A DNA stretch of 64,000 nucleotides, taken from assembly GCA_018062445.1 (NCBI GenBank), contig JAGOSG010000001.1, forward strand, positions 58,426 through 122,425. Direction: 5' to 3'. Under the pieces are notes generated by a model, which saw nothing but the letters and a program-made list of their open reading frames with translations, ran no database searches and had not been told where the DNA came from. The translations under genes were made by a program, and so were the position numbers. Positions 28,999 to 37,996 of this stretch are shown one piece after another (within the stretch, counting starts at the first letter, position 1; every line of letters begins with the position of its first letter). The stretch is from Minisyncoccota bacterium. GTDB taxonomy: Bacteria; Patescibacteriota; Minisyncoccia; Phycocordibacterales; Phycocordibacteraceae.

Positions 28999-29949
28999 TT
29001 ACTTTTTTGAAGCTGGCGTAGAAGAAAACGAAACTCCGAATTTCTTCTCTAATGCTTCTTGATACTTAGATGAACGAGCAGACTTCAACATCTCGGAAAA
29101 ATAATACTGAACCGCTACATCAGCCATAATTTCTTTCATTGACACTTCTCGTCCCTGAGACGAAAGCTCTTGTTTGAAAATTATCTCCAGACCTTGCAAA
29201 GCAAAACCGAATGCTTTCTCGAGCGAGATTGGTTCTTCTGCTTCACGCTCTATGCGTATTTCTTGGAAGAGTGCTTGTATTCCCTGAAAAACACGGGGAT
29301 GTTCAATAATCACTTTAACCTCATTAATGGGAATAGCACCACCAATAGAACCTGTCTGATCGAGGTTTGCAAAGGTATTGATACCTATGACTTCATCTTT
29401 TGCATTAAGCATAACCCCACCAGAACTTCCTGAACGAATGTCAGCATCTGTTCTGAAGGCGAACTGTTCATGGCCATCAGGTACTGAAGTAACAGTCCCT
29501 TGAGAAAAACTTCCTCCTACACCAAGAGGGTTCCCAGCAATTGTAATTGTTGCTCCTCTCTTTACCTTATCTGAATCCCCAATGGTAAGTGGCTCATGTT
29601 TAGTTCCTGCGACTTTCAAGAGTGCAAAGTCACGCACGGGGTCTATATAAAAAACTTCTGCCGTTAGTTTTTTCTTTGAATCCAATTGCACCACCAAAGC
29701 CTCATCTTGGCTACCACCTGACACGACATGCCTATTAGTCACAATCATTCCATCCTTTGATACAAAAAAGCCGCTCCCTTCAGCTGTTGGAACCCAGTGA
29801 GACTCTTGTGTTCGTTCGGGATTCTTTGGATGCACTGACCCTTTAACTTCTTTAAAAACCTTCACACTAACTACCGAGTGTGCCACACGCTCGACAGTAC
29901 GCTCCAATGGAGTCTTTTCTGTATGTGCTTCATTCATAATTTTTTGCAT
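28999..29949 (-). CDS. trypsin-like serine protease (S1C/HtrA-like catalytic domain, no obvious PDZ)
   Basis: GSGFFVSKDGMIVTNRHV (His box), DADIRSGSSGGVM (Ser box). Confidence 0.8.
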   Translation of the reverse strand: MQKIMNEAHTEKTPLERTVERVAHSVVSVKVFKEVKGSVHPKNPERTQESHWVPTAEGSGFFVSKDGMIVTNRHVVSGGSQDEALVVQLDSKKKLTAEVFYIDPVRDFALLKVAGTKHEPLTIGDSDKVKRGATITIAGNPLGVGGSFSQGTVTSVPDGHEQFAFRTDADIRSGSSGGVMLNAKDEVIGINTFANLDQTGSIGGAIPINEVKVIIEHPRVFQGIQALFQEIRIEREAEEPISLEKAFGFALQGLEIIFKQELSSQGREVSMKEIMADVAVQYYFSEMLKSARSSKYQEALEKKFGVSFSSTPASKK

Positions 29950-29967
29950 TGTACCTTAGATTGATGT

Positions 29968-29998
29968 ATATGTCAATACCCACCTAAAGGCGGGTATT
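29968..29998. other. 8-bp-stem hairpin CAATACCC-N10-GGGTATTG in the 5' region of the protease gene
   Basis: Perfect inverted repeat 20-50 nt upstream of the protease start; no T-run. Confidence 0.3.
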
Positions 29999-30025
29999 GA
30001 GTAGTCAATTCTGTATTAAAAAACT

Positions 30026-30457
30026 TTATTTTTGAGCCAGCGTAGCTCCTTCTGTCGATTTCTTTGAGAGAGGTCCCCAACAAGCTTTAGAAGATGCCCA
30101 AGGCTTTGTACCCTCTTTCTCATACAAACGCTTAGCGTAGGCAAGGTTACCGTCAAGGGTGTGCAAGTCGAGATTCATAGCCTCTGCTTGCTCTTCATGA
30201 TACTTGGTATTAATTTGCATCACCCCTATATCCTTAGGATTGACGACGCCACGCAATATATCGCCCTCTTTATCGACATGACGAATTCTGGACTCACACC
30301 ATGCTATATCGGCCAAAATAGGCGTATCAGCGTAGTACTGCTTCACATACTGTCCTAAGGTTTCCACCTTTGGACCTTCTGGGTTTGTGGTCGTAGAAAG
30401 TGCTGTGGGCGTAGACATGGCAACGCTCGCTAGCAATAGCATAATTGGTAAGAACAT
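30026..30457 (-). CDS. secreted lysozyme-like / lytic transglycosylase-domain protein
   Basis: Signal peptide; …IAWCESRIRHV…GVMQIN…YHEEQA…GNLAYAKRLYEKEG…CW resembles the transglycosylase-like domain. Confidence 0.55.
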   Translation of the reverse strand: MFLPIMLLLASVAMSTPTALSTTTNPEGPKVETLGQYVKQYYADTPILADIAWCESRIRHVDKEGDILRGVVNPKDIGVMQINTKYHEEQAEAMNLDLHTLDGNLAYAKRLYEKEGTKPWASSKACWGPLSKKSTEGATLAQK

Positions 30458-30545
30458 ACGATTTAATGATTTTGGCCCATAGGGGCCGTTAGTGATGATG
30501 TAAACCTGCTTTGAGTTCCCCTTCGTAATAATCGAAATTGGGGTA

Positions 30546-30572
30546 CTAAAAAAGCCGGCCCGAAAGCCGACT
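30546..30572 (-). terminator. minus-strand intrinsic terminator about 220 nt downstream of the LOG gene
   Basis: On the minus strand: AGUCGGC-uuucgg-GCCGGCU followed by UUUUUU. Confidence 0.5.
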
Positions 30573-30729
30573 ACCTCACTACGCTAGCACTGGGAACTTT
30601 TGGTGTCAAGGCTTGCGGAACCAAAAAACACTCTTCTACGGCTCTACAGAGCCACAAAAATGCTGGTGGGGAAATAGAGGTTTTTAAGATATTTTCGACG
30701 TTGAACCCTCCCGCGAAAACGACGAGGCT

Positions 30730-30789
30730 TGTTCCCTACGGAACCGACGAGGCGTCGCCTAAACGCTAAACCTTACCCTCTATCCCCTC
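30730..30789. repeat. composite repeat: tandem-hairpin element plus CCCTAAA-like heptamer tail
   Basis: GTTCC-ctac-GGAAC, CGACG-agg-CGTCG, then cctaaacgctaaaccttaccctctatcccc. Confidence 0.7.
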
Positions 30790-30792
30790 TTC

Positions 30793-31524
30793 TTAGCATT
30801 TGACGAGCTTCAAAATTTCCTGATGAGCCTCTTCAGGAGTGTCAGCCACCACAAAAAGGTCTAAATCTTCCTTGTTGATGGTCTGATACTTAATGAGGAG
30901 GTGTTCTTTAAAGAAGTTGAGGAGTGGTGTCCAGTATTCCCTATTGTAGAGAATTATAGGAATCCGCTTGATTTTGTTGGTTTGAACTAAGGTCAAGATC
31001 TCAAACAACTCATCCATAGTCCCAAAACCGCCCGGGAAGTAGATATATACCTCAGAGGCAAAGGAAAGCATCACTTTCCGAGTGAAGAAATAATTAAAGA
31101 GGGCCGTGTCGGTGAGGTAGGGATTAACGTGCTGTTCAGTTGGAAGTTTGATGTTAAGCCCTACAGATTGCCCTCCTGCTTCAAATGCTCCCTTACTTGC
31201 AGACTCCATAACACCTCCTGCACCACCTGTAATAACCACAAATCCTGATTTAGCGAGCTTCTCCGCAAGCAATCGCGCATCTTCATATACCTTTGGATTC
31301 ATATGAGAACGAGCTGAACCAAAGAAGGTCGCAGCCAGACGATATTTCCGGAGCATGGAGAATCCATCAATCAATTCACCCATTATCTTAAAAATACGCC
31401 AAGACTCCATGTCTTTAGTGTGGTCAGTTTTTTCAGGATCACAGACACGAAAATCCCCTTCCATGCGATGTTCGCCAGGAGGATTTACTATTCGGTATTT
31501 TCTTTGCGGATCAGACATGGTCAA
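30793..31524 (-). CDS. LOG family protein (TIGR00730; cytokinin riboside 5'-monophosphate phosphoribohydrolase-like)
   Basis: GGAGGVMES… and PGGFGTMDELFE (PGGxGTxxE) motifs. Confidence 0.85.
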   Translation of the reverse strand: MTMSDPQRKYRIVNPPGEHRMEGDFRVCDPEKTDHTKDMESWRIFKIMGELIDGFSMLRKYRLAATFFGSARSHMNPKVYEDARLLAEKLAKSGFVVITGGAGGVMESASKGAFEAGGQSVGLNIKLPTEQHVNPYLTDTALFNYFFTRKVMLSFASEVYIYFPGGFGTMDELFEILTLVQTNKIKRIPIILYNREYWTPLLNFFKEHLLIKYQTINKEDLDLFVVADTPEEAHQEILKLVKC

Positions 31525-31544
31525 AGTGTAACATTTGAAACTAC

Positions 31545-31581
31545 TAGCTTACAGCTTTCAGGTGTCAGCTTTCAGCTTTTT
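31545..31581. repeat. AGCTTTCAG-type heptad repeat
   Basis: tagcttacagctttcaggtgtcagctttcagcttttt. Confidence 0.6.
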
Positions 31582-31594
31582 GGGGAAAGAAAAA

Positions 31595-32194
31595 CTACTT
31601 AGAAAGCCAAGGGATTGGAAAAGGAGAGAACTCTGGGAGAAGAGGCTTTCTGTAGAGGATCCGTGAAGCAACTTCAGCGTGCGAGAGGGCGCCAGTGAGA
31701 GCATTATGGGGCTTCGGCTCTTCTGGAATACCTACATATTTAAGAGCGGTGTCTAGAGTCAGTTTTGTGTGATGTTTCTCCTCATCAAACGGAGGGGTAA
31801 TTCCTCGTTCCACCATATGCATGTAGGTAAGGGTGTGAGTATCAATCGTTCGGTGCGCAAAAGGAAAATTAATACCTCCCCTCTCGCAAGCGGCAATCAA
31901 GAAGTCTCTATCAAAAGATGGATTTTGTCCTACAAAAGTTCGATCATGAACAGCAAGTGTCCATGAAATAAAATCTTGCACCAGTTCTATTTCGCTTTTC
32001 TTTGAAAGATCAATGGCTTGTGCGTGTGAAAAACCGTTAACCCCAAGTGCTTCTTCATTAATATGAGCTCCATCCCACACCCTACACTCGCCATAAAAAC
32101 GATTAGCAGGAGTAGCAACATCGATTCCCCCAATTGAGAGTATCGAATTCTTATGAGGCTCTGTGCCTGAGCATTCAATGTCTAGAGCAATCAT
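31595..32194 (-). CDS. DEDD-family 3'-5' exonuclease (DnaQ/RNase T-like)
   Basis: Exo I motif MIALDIECSG, 199 aa. Confidence 0.8.
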   Translation of the reverse strand: MIALDIECSGTEPHKNSILSIGGIDVATPANRFYGECRVWDGAHINEEALGVNGFSHAQAIDLSKKSEIELVQDFISWTLAVHDRTFVGQNPSFDRDFLIAACERGGINFPFAHRTIDTHTLTYMHMVERGITPPFDEEKHHTKLTLDTALKYVGIPEEPKPHNALTGALSHAEVASRILYRKPLLPEFSPFPIPWLSK

Positions 32195-32195
32195 T

Positions 32196-32240
32196 TTAGT
32201 TAGGGGTTAGTGTTTAGGGTATAGGGTATAGGGGTAAATG
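32196..32240. repeat. TTAGGG-like heptamer array
   Basis: ttagttaggggttagtgtttagggtatagggtataggggtaaatg. Confidence 0.7.
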
Positions 32241-32308
32241 TACAATAAAATGAGAGCTGGTGTGTAGATATCTTCTCACTCAAAATTAAGAGTACACACG
32301 CTCAAAGA

Positions 32309-32352
32309 CCTGTATAGTATAACTTAACGATCGTTAAATTATACTATACAGG
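32309..32352. repeat. 44-bp palindrome CCTGTATAGTATAAcTTAACGATCGTTAAATTATACTATACAGG (copy 2)
   Basis: One mismatch to a perfect dyad; followed by a T-run. Confidence 0.85.
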
Positions 32353-32388
32353 GTTTTTAATTTTTATATTTGACTTAATTTGAAAAAT

Positions 32389-32423
32389 TGAAAGCTAGAA
32401 CCTAGAAGCTAGCACCTAGAGCC
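32389..32423. repeat. AGCTTTCAG-type heptad repeat (opposite arm)
   Basis: tgaaagctagaacctagaagctagcacctagagcc. Confidence 0.55.
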
Positions 32424-32427
32424 TTCT

Positions 32428-32832
32428 TCACATCCCATTACAACGGCCAGCGTGGTAGCCGGCACCCTCAGCGGAAACCCTACTGCTGAAATAAATTCTG
32501 TCCATTGAAGAAATCTTTACCGCAAGTGGGCACCATGGGAAAAAGTAAGTACTTCCTATCTTCGACGCTACAAAATAGCCCGCAACCTGAGGTAGTGGCG
32601 GTAAGGTAATTTCCTCTCTAATACCACCAACACCCAAGAATCCAGTGAGAGCTGAAGCACTTTGACCATTTGGATAGATCACCTTAAATTGGCCTTTTTC
32701 TCCGTAGAAAACAGATAATCTCCCAAGCCCAAAGGCCAACGATGCAACTAACACAATAACGATAACAATTAGTGTGTTTTCCCATACTCTCGCCCCTAGA
32801 GCCTTGATTTTATTAATGAAATCACGAAACAT
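32428..32832 (-). CDS. hypothetical protein with N-terminal TM helix
   Basis: 134-aa ORF, no family recognised. Confidence 0.45.
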   Translation of the reverse strand: MFRDFINKIKALGARVWENTLIVIVIVLVASLAFGLGRLSVFYGEKGQFKVIYPNGQSASALTGFLGVGGIREEITLPPLPQVAGYFVASKIGSTYFFPWCPLAVKISSMDRIYFSSRVSAEGAGYHAGRCNGM

Positions 32833-33020
32833 ATTGAGTAGATTTCAGTTATACCCTGTTAAATCTGGCTCAAAGCCAGCCAGCTTGAAATTTTCCCTGA
32901 AAACAGTTATATTCTATAGTATAGAGTACGCAATGAGCGGTTTTCTATACACCTGAGTCCAAGCTGGATTTAACAGGGTGTAAGAATTTCTAAGCTCGAT
33001 ACTCGCTAAGAACTTCTAAC

Positions 33021-33293
33021 ATGGCAACAAAAAAAGCAGCCGGCTCCGCTAAAAATCTTACCGATTCCAATCCACAATACTTGGGCGTTAAGCTCTATGA
33101 GGGTCAGAAGGCAAAGAAAGGTTCAATCATCATCCGTCAGCGCGGTACAAAATTCATGCCAGGAAAGAATGTTGAGGTAGGTAAAGACCACACGCTCTAC
33201 GCAGTTGAAGAAGGCACTGTCTCTTTCCGCCTTGCTCGAAAAACAAAATTTGACGGTTCAACCATCAAGCGAAATGTTGTTGACGTAAAATAA
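33021..33293 (+). CDS. rpmA: 50S ribosomal protein L27
   Basis: …[26 protein letters not shown]… matches the L27 signature. Confidence 0.92.
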   Translation: MATKKAAGSAKNLTDSNPQYLGVKLYEGQKAKKGSIIIRQRGTKFMPGKNVEVGKDHTLYAVEEGTVSFRLARKTKFDGSTIKRNVVDVK

Positions 33294-33315
33294 GCATCCG
33301 TCCCGCATCAATAAA

Positions 33316-33346
33316 CAAAAACTCCGCACATGTGCGGAGTTTTTTA
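33316..33346. terminator. bidirectional intrinsic terminator shared by convergent rpmA and rplI
   Basis: AAAA-ACTCCGCACA|TGTGCGGAGT-TTTTT, a perfect 20-nt palindrome. Confidence 0.8.
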
Positions 33347-33793
33347 ATTGGTAGTCGTTAAGGAAACTGAAATTTCCGCAAAAGCACCTTGAATTTTTAC
33401 TTCAACTCGGTGAGAGCCGAGCTTTTTTATTGGGCCATCAACAATCAAGATTGAATCTTCAGGCACTGACATCTTAAATTGCTTCAAAACAGCTTGGGCA
33501 ACTTGTTTTGCATGAATAGACTCAAAGAGTGTCCCCTTGTCATTTGCTTTAGCCTGAATTTCAAGCACTTTTCCGTCAATCTCAGCAAGTGCCTTTTTAG
33601 CTAAGGTGGTATCCATAGCCACTTTATCTTTTGCGCTCTGATTTCGTTTTTCAAAACTACGGATATTCTCAGCTGTAGCAGGTAAAGCCAACTTCTTTGG
33701 AATCAAGACATTCTGAGCGTAGCCATCAGCCACAGTAATCAGAGTTCCTCGTTGACCTACCTTCTTAACATCGGCGAGCATTATGACTTTCAT
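33344..33793 (-). CDS. rplI: 50S ribosomal protein L9
   Basis: MKVIMLADVKKVGQRGTLITVADGYAQNVLIPKKLA N-domain. Confidence 0.9.
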   Translation of the reverse strand: MKVIMLADVKKVGQRGTLITVADGYAQNVLIPKKLALPATAENIRSFEKRNQSAKDKVAMDTTLAKKALAEIDGKVLEIQAKANDKGTLFESIHAKQVAQAVLKQFKMSVPEDSILIVDGPIKKLGSHRVEVKIQGAFAEISVSLTTTN

Positions 33794-33886
33794 ACCTAAT
33801 AGCTTACCGTCTAACGAGCCGAGGGGGAAGAGAGGAAATTTCTCTCTTCCCCGAGCGAGAGCTGACGGAAAACCACTTTGTGGTTT

Positions 33887-33915
33887 ACAGGTTTCAGCTC
33901 TCAGGTGCCAGTTTT
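33887..33915. repeat. AGCTTTCAG-type heptad repeat
   Basis: acaggtttcagctctcaggtgccagtttt. Confidence 0.5.
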
Positions 33916-33925
33916 CTTTGTTCTT

Positions 33926-33968
33926 ACCTGTATAGTTTAATCTAACGATCGTTAAGTTATACTATACA
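33926..33968. repeat. 44-bp palindrome family, diverged copy 3
   Basis: cctgtatagtttaatctaacgatcgttaagttatactatacag. Confidence 0.8.
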
Positions 33969-34022
33969 GATCTTTTTATCTTTAGGGTTCCCCTGTTTGG
34001 CTTAGAGAATTGAAAAACCAGA

Positions 34023-34078
34023 TGATCCCTTCGGATCCGATGAAGTATCGCCTAGTCACTAAACGCTAAACCCTTCTA
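34023..34078. repeat. composite repeat: tandem-hairpin element plus CCCTAAA-like tail
   Basis: GATCC-cttc-GGATC, CGAT-gaagt-ATCG, then cctagtcactaaacgctaaaccc. Confidence 0.7.
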
Positions 34079-34079
34079 C

Positions 34080-35294
34080 TTACTTTCCTGTAATCAAAAA
34101 CTCCGCAGCCCTTTCTAGTTGAGGGTCACGCTTTGCATCTATATCTTCCTCAGTAACTGCCACTTCAATATCAGGAACTATACCCTCATGAGAAATAGAG
34201 ACTCCATTAGGGGTTAGCCAGCGAGCAATAGTTATTTTTAATGAAGTATCTGCGGTTACATTAAAAAGTTGCTGTACCGACCCTTTACCGAATGATTTTC
34301 CACCAATAAGAGTTGCCTTGCCATGATCACGGAGTGCTCCCGCTAGAATCTCTGATGCAGAGGCGGAACCTTCGTCAATTAGAATCGCAAATTTTACCTT
34401 GTCAGAAAAAACATCATACCCACGACTTCGACTAACATCAGGAGCCTGCTTAGAACCAAAATCTTCGGTAACTATCACCTTCCCTACTGGCAAAAACCAA
34501 CTAGCAATGTCAACGGCCACCTCCAAGTAACCACCAGGGTTACCACGAAGGTCAATAATCATTTTATTGGAACCTGAATCAGCAAACTCACGGATAGCCT
34601 GACGGAACTTCTCGGGAGCATTTGCATTGAATGTAAAAAGGCGGATTACAAACACGCCATCAGGTCGCGATGTTGTCTTAATGGTTGGGAGATTGATAGT
34701 GGCTCGAACTAGCGTTACATCAAATGGAGCATCTTTGCCACGAATCACTGTGATAGTGACCGGCGTACCAATTTCTCCTCGAATAACACTGACTGCATCA
34801 TCAACAGATATGCCTACAGTATCTTTACCTTCAATTTTTAGAATGATGTCCCCGCTCCTCATTCCAGCCTTTGATGCAGGCGTACCTTCAAGTGGCGCTA
34901 CTACGGTAAGGATTCCATCTTTAAGACCTAACTCCATCCCAACACCACCAAAATCACCTTGAACTTGGCTATCAAAAAGCTTTTTCTCTTTTGGAGGGAA
35001 AAAGGTTGTATAAGGATCACCATAAGAAGAAGCGAGGCCTTCTATCATTCCCCACAACCTATCTTCATCGGTACTCGTTGCCGTAGTGGTGGATGGAGTA
35101 AAATTTTGATCAAGTAATTCCCACGCCTTAAATAATGGCTGTAGATCCGCCTTTGAATAATCTGTAGCGCCACGCGCCTGAGTTGTCCAAGGAACCATTC
35201 CTCCAGCTTCTGTACCAACAAAGAAGGCAACAATGGCAACAAGTACTACCGCTATCAGTGCAGTGCGAAGTCCAATTTTAGAATTGTCTTTCAT
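34080..35294 (-). CDS. ctpA: carboxyl-terminal processing protease (S41) with PDZ domain
   Basis: N-terminal TM, PDZ, S41 core IDLRGNPGGYL. Confidence 0.88.
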   Translation of the reverse strand: MKDNSKIGLRTALIAVVLVAIVAFFVGTEAGGMVPWTTQARGATDYSKADLQPLFKAWELLDQNFTPSTTTATSTDEDRLWGMIEGLASSYGDPYTTFFPPKEKKLFDSQVQGDFGGVGMELGLKDGILTVVAPLEGTPASKAGMRSGDIILKIEGKDTVGISVDDAVSVIRGEIGTPVTITVIRGKDAPFDVTLVRATINLPTIKTTSRPDGVFVIRLFTFNANAPEKFRQAIREFADSGSNKMIIDLRGNPGGYLEVAVDIASWFLPVGKVIVTEDFGSKQAPDVSRSRGYDVFSDKVKFAILIDEGSASASEILAGALRDHGKATLIGGKSFGKGSVQQLFNVTADTSLKITIARWLTPNGVSISHEGIVPDIEVAVTEEDIDAKRDPQLERAAEFLITGK

Positions 35295-35326
35295 TGTTTC
35301 CTATTATGCCACAGAGAAGCGTTTAG

Positions 35327-35403
35327 GGTTTAGGGAATAGCGTTTAGGTTTGTGAATCTCTAAAATTTTTCCCCTAAACGCTGACCACTAAACACTAACC
35401 CCT
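35327..35403. repeat. inverted pair of TTTAGGG/CCCTAAA heptamer arrays in the divergent ctpA/corA promoter region
   Basis: agcgtttagggtttagggaatagcgtttaggtttg … cccctaaacgctgaccactaaacactaacccc. Confidence 0.7.
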
Positions 35404-35420
35404 GCTGGTATACTGTTCTG

Positions 35421-36335
35421 ATGATAAACCGTTACGAATACGAGGGCATAATTTGGATAGACATAGAAAATCCAACCGCTGATGAAATTGCCGAGGTCGG
35501 GCAAGAATTTAACCTTGGACTTTTACTCCGACAAGAGCTGTTGGCACCAACAATAAAGCCCCGTGTAGATTTATATCCCGAGATTGTCTACACACTTCTT
35601 CATTTCCCAGCACGAAGACACACGCACAATGTACAAGAAAGTCAGGAGGTCGATTTCGTTATCGGCAAACACTTCATCATTACGGTGCACTATGACACCA
35701 TTGATGCTCTTGTTGATTTTGCTCGATCATTTGAAGCCGCGATGCTTCTTAAGCGCACGACAGGGAAATTCCACAGTGGACATGTACTCTTGGAACTTAC
35801 GCAACGACTCTACCAAGAAGTGGAATATGAATTAGATTCCCTTGAAGATTCTGTAACTGCGATTGAAACGGCAATATTCTCAGGACGTGAGAAAGACATG
35901 GTCTTAGCAATATCGCGTGTCACTCGTGAACTCATTGATCAAAAACGCACACTCTCCATGCATGCTGAGGTTCTTGCTTCTCTAGAACAAGCGACTACGA
36001 CCTTATTCGGTGAACACTTCACCGAATATCTCCGTGGAGTATCTGCATTTCACTACCGTGCGCACCAACGAGCACTTGCCATGATGGATATCGTCACCGA
36101 ACTTCGAAAAACAAACGACTCCCTCTTGACCACACGCCAAAACGAAATCACAAAAAACCTTACTATCATGGCATTCATTACCTTTCCGCTTTCCGTGGTA
36201 GCAGCGGTGTTCGGAATGAACACTGAACACACACCCATCGTCGGATCCCCGAACGGTTTCTGGATCATCACGGGAGCCATGGTCGTCCTTACCGCAGTCT
36301 TTTTCATCTACTTTAAGATTAAGAAGTGGTTCTGA
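35421..36335 (+). CDS. corA: magnesium transporter CorA
   Basis: Two C-terminal TM helices with the GMN motif (AVFGMNTEH). Confidence 0.88.
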   Translation: MINRYEYEGIIWIDIENPTADEIAEVGQEFNLGLLLRQELLAPTIKPRVDLYPEIVYTLLHFPARRHTHNVQESQEVDFVIGKHFIITVHYDTIDALVDFARSFEAAMLLKRTTGKFHSGHVLLELTQRLYQEVEYELDSLEDSVTAIETAIFSGREKDMVLAISRVTRELIDQKRTLSMHAEVLASLEQATTTLFGEHFTEYLRGVSAFHYRAHQRALAMMDIVTELRKTNDSLLTTRQNEITKNLTIMAFITFPLSVVAAVFGMNTEHTPIVGSPNGFWIITGAMVVLTAVFFIYFKIKKWF

Positions 36336-36342
36336 GGCACAA

Positions 36343-36366
36343 AGTGCCAGCTTATAGCTTCTAGGG
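36343..36366. repeat. AGCTTTCAG-type heptad repeat (short)
   Basis: gtgccagcttatagcttctaggg. Confidence 0.45.
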
Positions 36367-36398
36367 AGGAAATGAAGGGATGCTCTGGTTTTTTTCTT

Positions 36399-36435
36399 GC
36401 CCTAAACCCTATACCCTAGTGGCTAAACCCTAATT
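36399..36435. repeat. CCCTAAA-type heptamer array
   Basis: gccctaaaccctataccctagtggctaaaccctaatt. Confidence 0.7.
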
Positions 36436-36506
36436 CAGATGTGCAAAACTCCGTGTACAAACCTCCGCATAACGGCTCTTTTTATAGATTTCTTTAAAAA
36501 CGACGA

Positions 36507-37904
36507 GTGCTACAATGCACTGCTATGGCAAACCAAGGTGCACGAATTCCTCCACAATCCACTGAAGCAGAGCGAGCACTTTTAGGCTCAGTGATGATCA
36601 AGCCTGACTCAATTCATGAAGTCACCGACTTTGTATCGGCAGATTCTTTCTATGTAGAAAAACACCGCCTCATTTATCGAGCATTCACTGACCTTACAAC
36701 TGGCGGAAATCCTATTGACCTATTGTCTACTGCAAACCGCCTCAAAGAGACAAATGACTTAGAGCGTGCTGGTGGTAACGCGTACCTAGCTGAACTCGTG
36801 AGTGCAGTACCAAGCTCAGCAAACCTCAAACACTATGCTGAAATTGTTCAGAAAAAATCAATGATGCGTTCCCTCATTTCCGCATCGTCAGACATTGGCG
36901 AGATGGGCTATGACGAATCACAAGACATTGATGAACTGTTAAATAGCGCTGAAAAAAGAATCTATGAAGTGACCAGCTCCCCTTCTGTTAGAAAGTTCGT
37001 TGCGATCGGTGATGCCTTGGGAGAGGCGTGGGAGCGTTTTGATAACCTCCACAAGGGTGACTACCAAATGCGAGGCATCCCAACAGGCTTTGATGCCCTC
37101 GACAACATGCTTGCAGGCTTTCAACGCTCTGACCTCATCATCCTTGCCGCTCGTCCTTCCGCAGGTAAAACCGCTTTTGCCTTGGACATCGCGAGGCAAA
37201 CCGCCATTAAGCACGGCACACCAGTGGGAATTTTTTCACTTGAAATGAGCGCCCAGCAGTTAGTCGACCGCATGCTCGCAGCTGAGGCTCGAGTAGACGC
37301 ATGGAAACTCCGTACTGGAAAAATTTCTACTGATGAAGAATTTGAAAGAATCCGCGATGCTATGGGTCGTCTGTCTAAAGCTCCAATTCACATCGATGAT
37401 CAACCTGCAACAAATGCACTCGGTATGCGCTCTGCAGCTCGTCGATTAAAACGAGAGCACGGCATTGGCCTCCTTGTGGTTGACTACCTTCAGCTCATGA
37501 GTCCAACATCATCTCGCTCATCAGACTCAATGGTTCAGCAAGTCACCGAAATCTCTCGTTCTCTAAAAACCCTTGCTCGTGAACTCGACGTTCCCGTACT
37601 TGCACTCTCCCAGCTTTCGCGTGCCATTGAACAAAGACGAGGCCGTCCTCGCCTTTCAGACCTTCGTGACTCTGGTTCAATTGAGCAGGACGCCGATGTG
37701 GTTATGTTCATTCACAATGAAGATAGATACAATGACAACAAAGAAGAGCGAAGTAATGTTACTGAAATCTTGATTGAAAAACACCGCAATGGTCGTACAG
37801 GGAAAATAGATCTCTTCTTCGATGTAGAACGAGCAACATTCTTACCTATTGAAAAATCAGGCTTTAGTGGAGGCGCCCCAGGAAACGCACAGGATGATTT
37901 TTAA
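36507..37904 (+). CDS. dnaB: replicative DNA helicase DnaB (alt start 36525)
   Basis: N-terminal domain …PPQSTEAERALLGSVMI…, Walker A GARPSAGKT, RecA-like core; no intein. Confidence 0.92.
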   Translation: MLQCTAMANQGARIPPQSTEAERALLGSVMIKPDSIHEVTDFVSADSFYVEKHRLIYRAFTDLTTGGNPIDLLSTANRLKETNDLERAGGNAYLAELVSAVPSSANLKHYAEIVQKKSMMRSLISASSDIGEMGYDESQDIDELLNSAEKRIYEVTSSPSVRKFVAIGDALGEAWERFDNLHKGDYQMRGIPTGFDALDNMLAGFQRSDLIILAARPSAGKTAFALDIARQTAIKHGTPVGIFSLEMSAQQLVDRMLAAEARVDAWKLRTGKISTDEEFERIRDAMGRLSKAPIHIDDQPATNALGMRSAARRLKREHGIGLLVVDYLQLMSPTSSRSSDSMVQQVTEISRSLKTLARELDVPVLALSQLSRAIEQRRGRPRLSDLRDSGSIEQDADVVMFIHNEDRYNDNKEERSNVTEILIEKHRNGRTGKIDLFFDVERATFLPIEKSGFSGGAPGNAQDDF

Positions 37905-37911
37905 TTTAAAA

Positions 37912-37988
37912 AGGTGTCAGGTTTCAGCTGTCGGCTTTCAGCTTTGAATTCAGAAAAAGCTGGCACCTGGCACCTGAAAGCTGTAACC
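37912..37988. repeat. AGCTTTCAG-type heptad repeat, both arms (near-identical to the copy at 53139)
   Basis: ggtgtcaggtttcagctgtcggctttcagctttgaattcagaaaaagctggcacctggcacctgaaagctgtaacc. Confidence 0.75.
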
Positions 37989-37996
37989 TATTCAAT

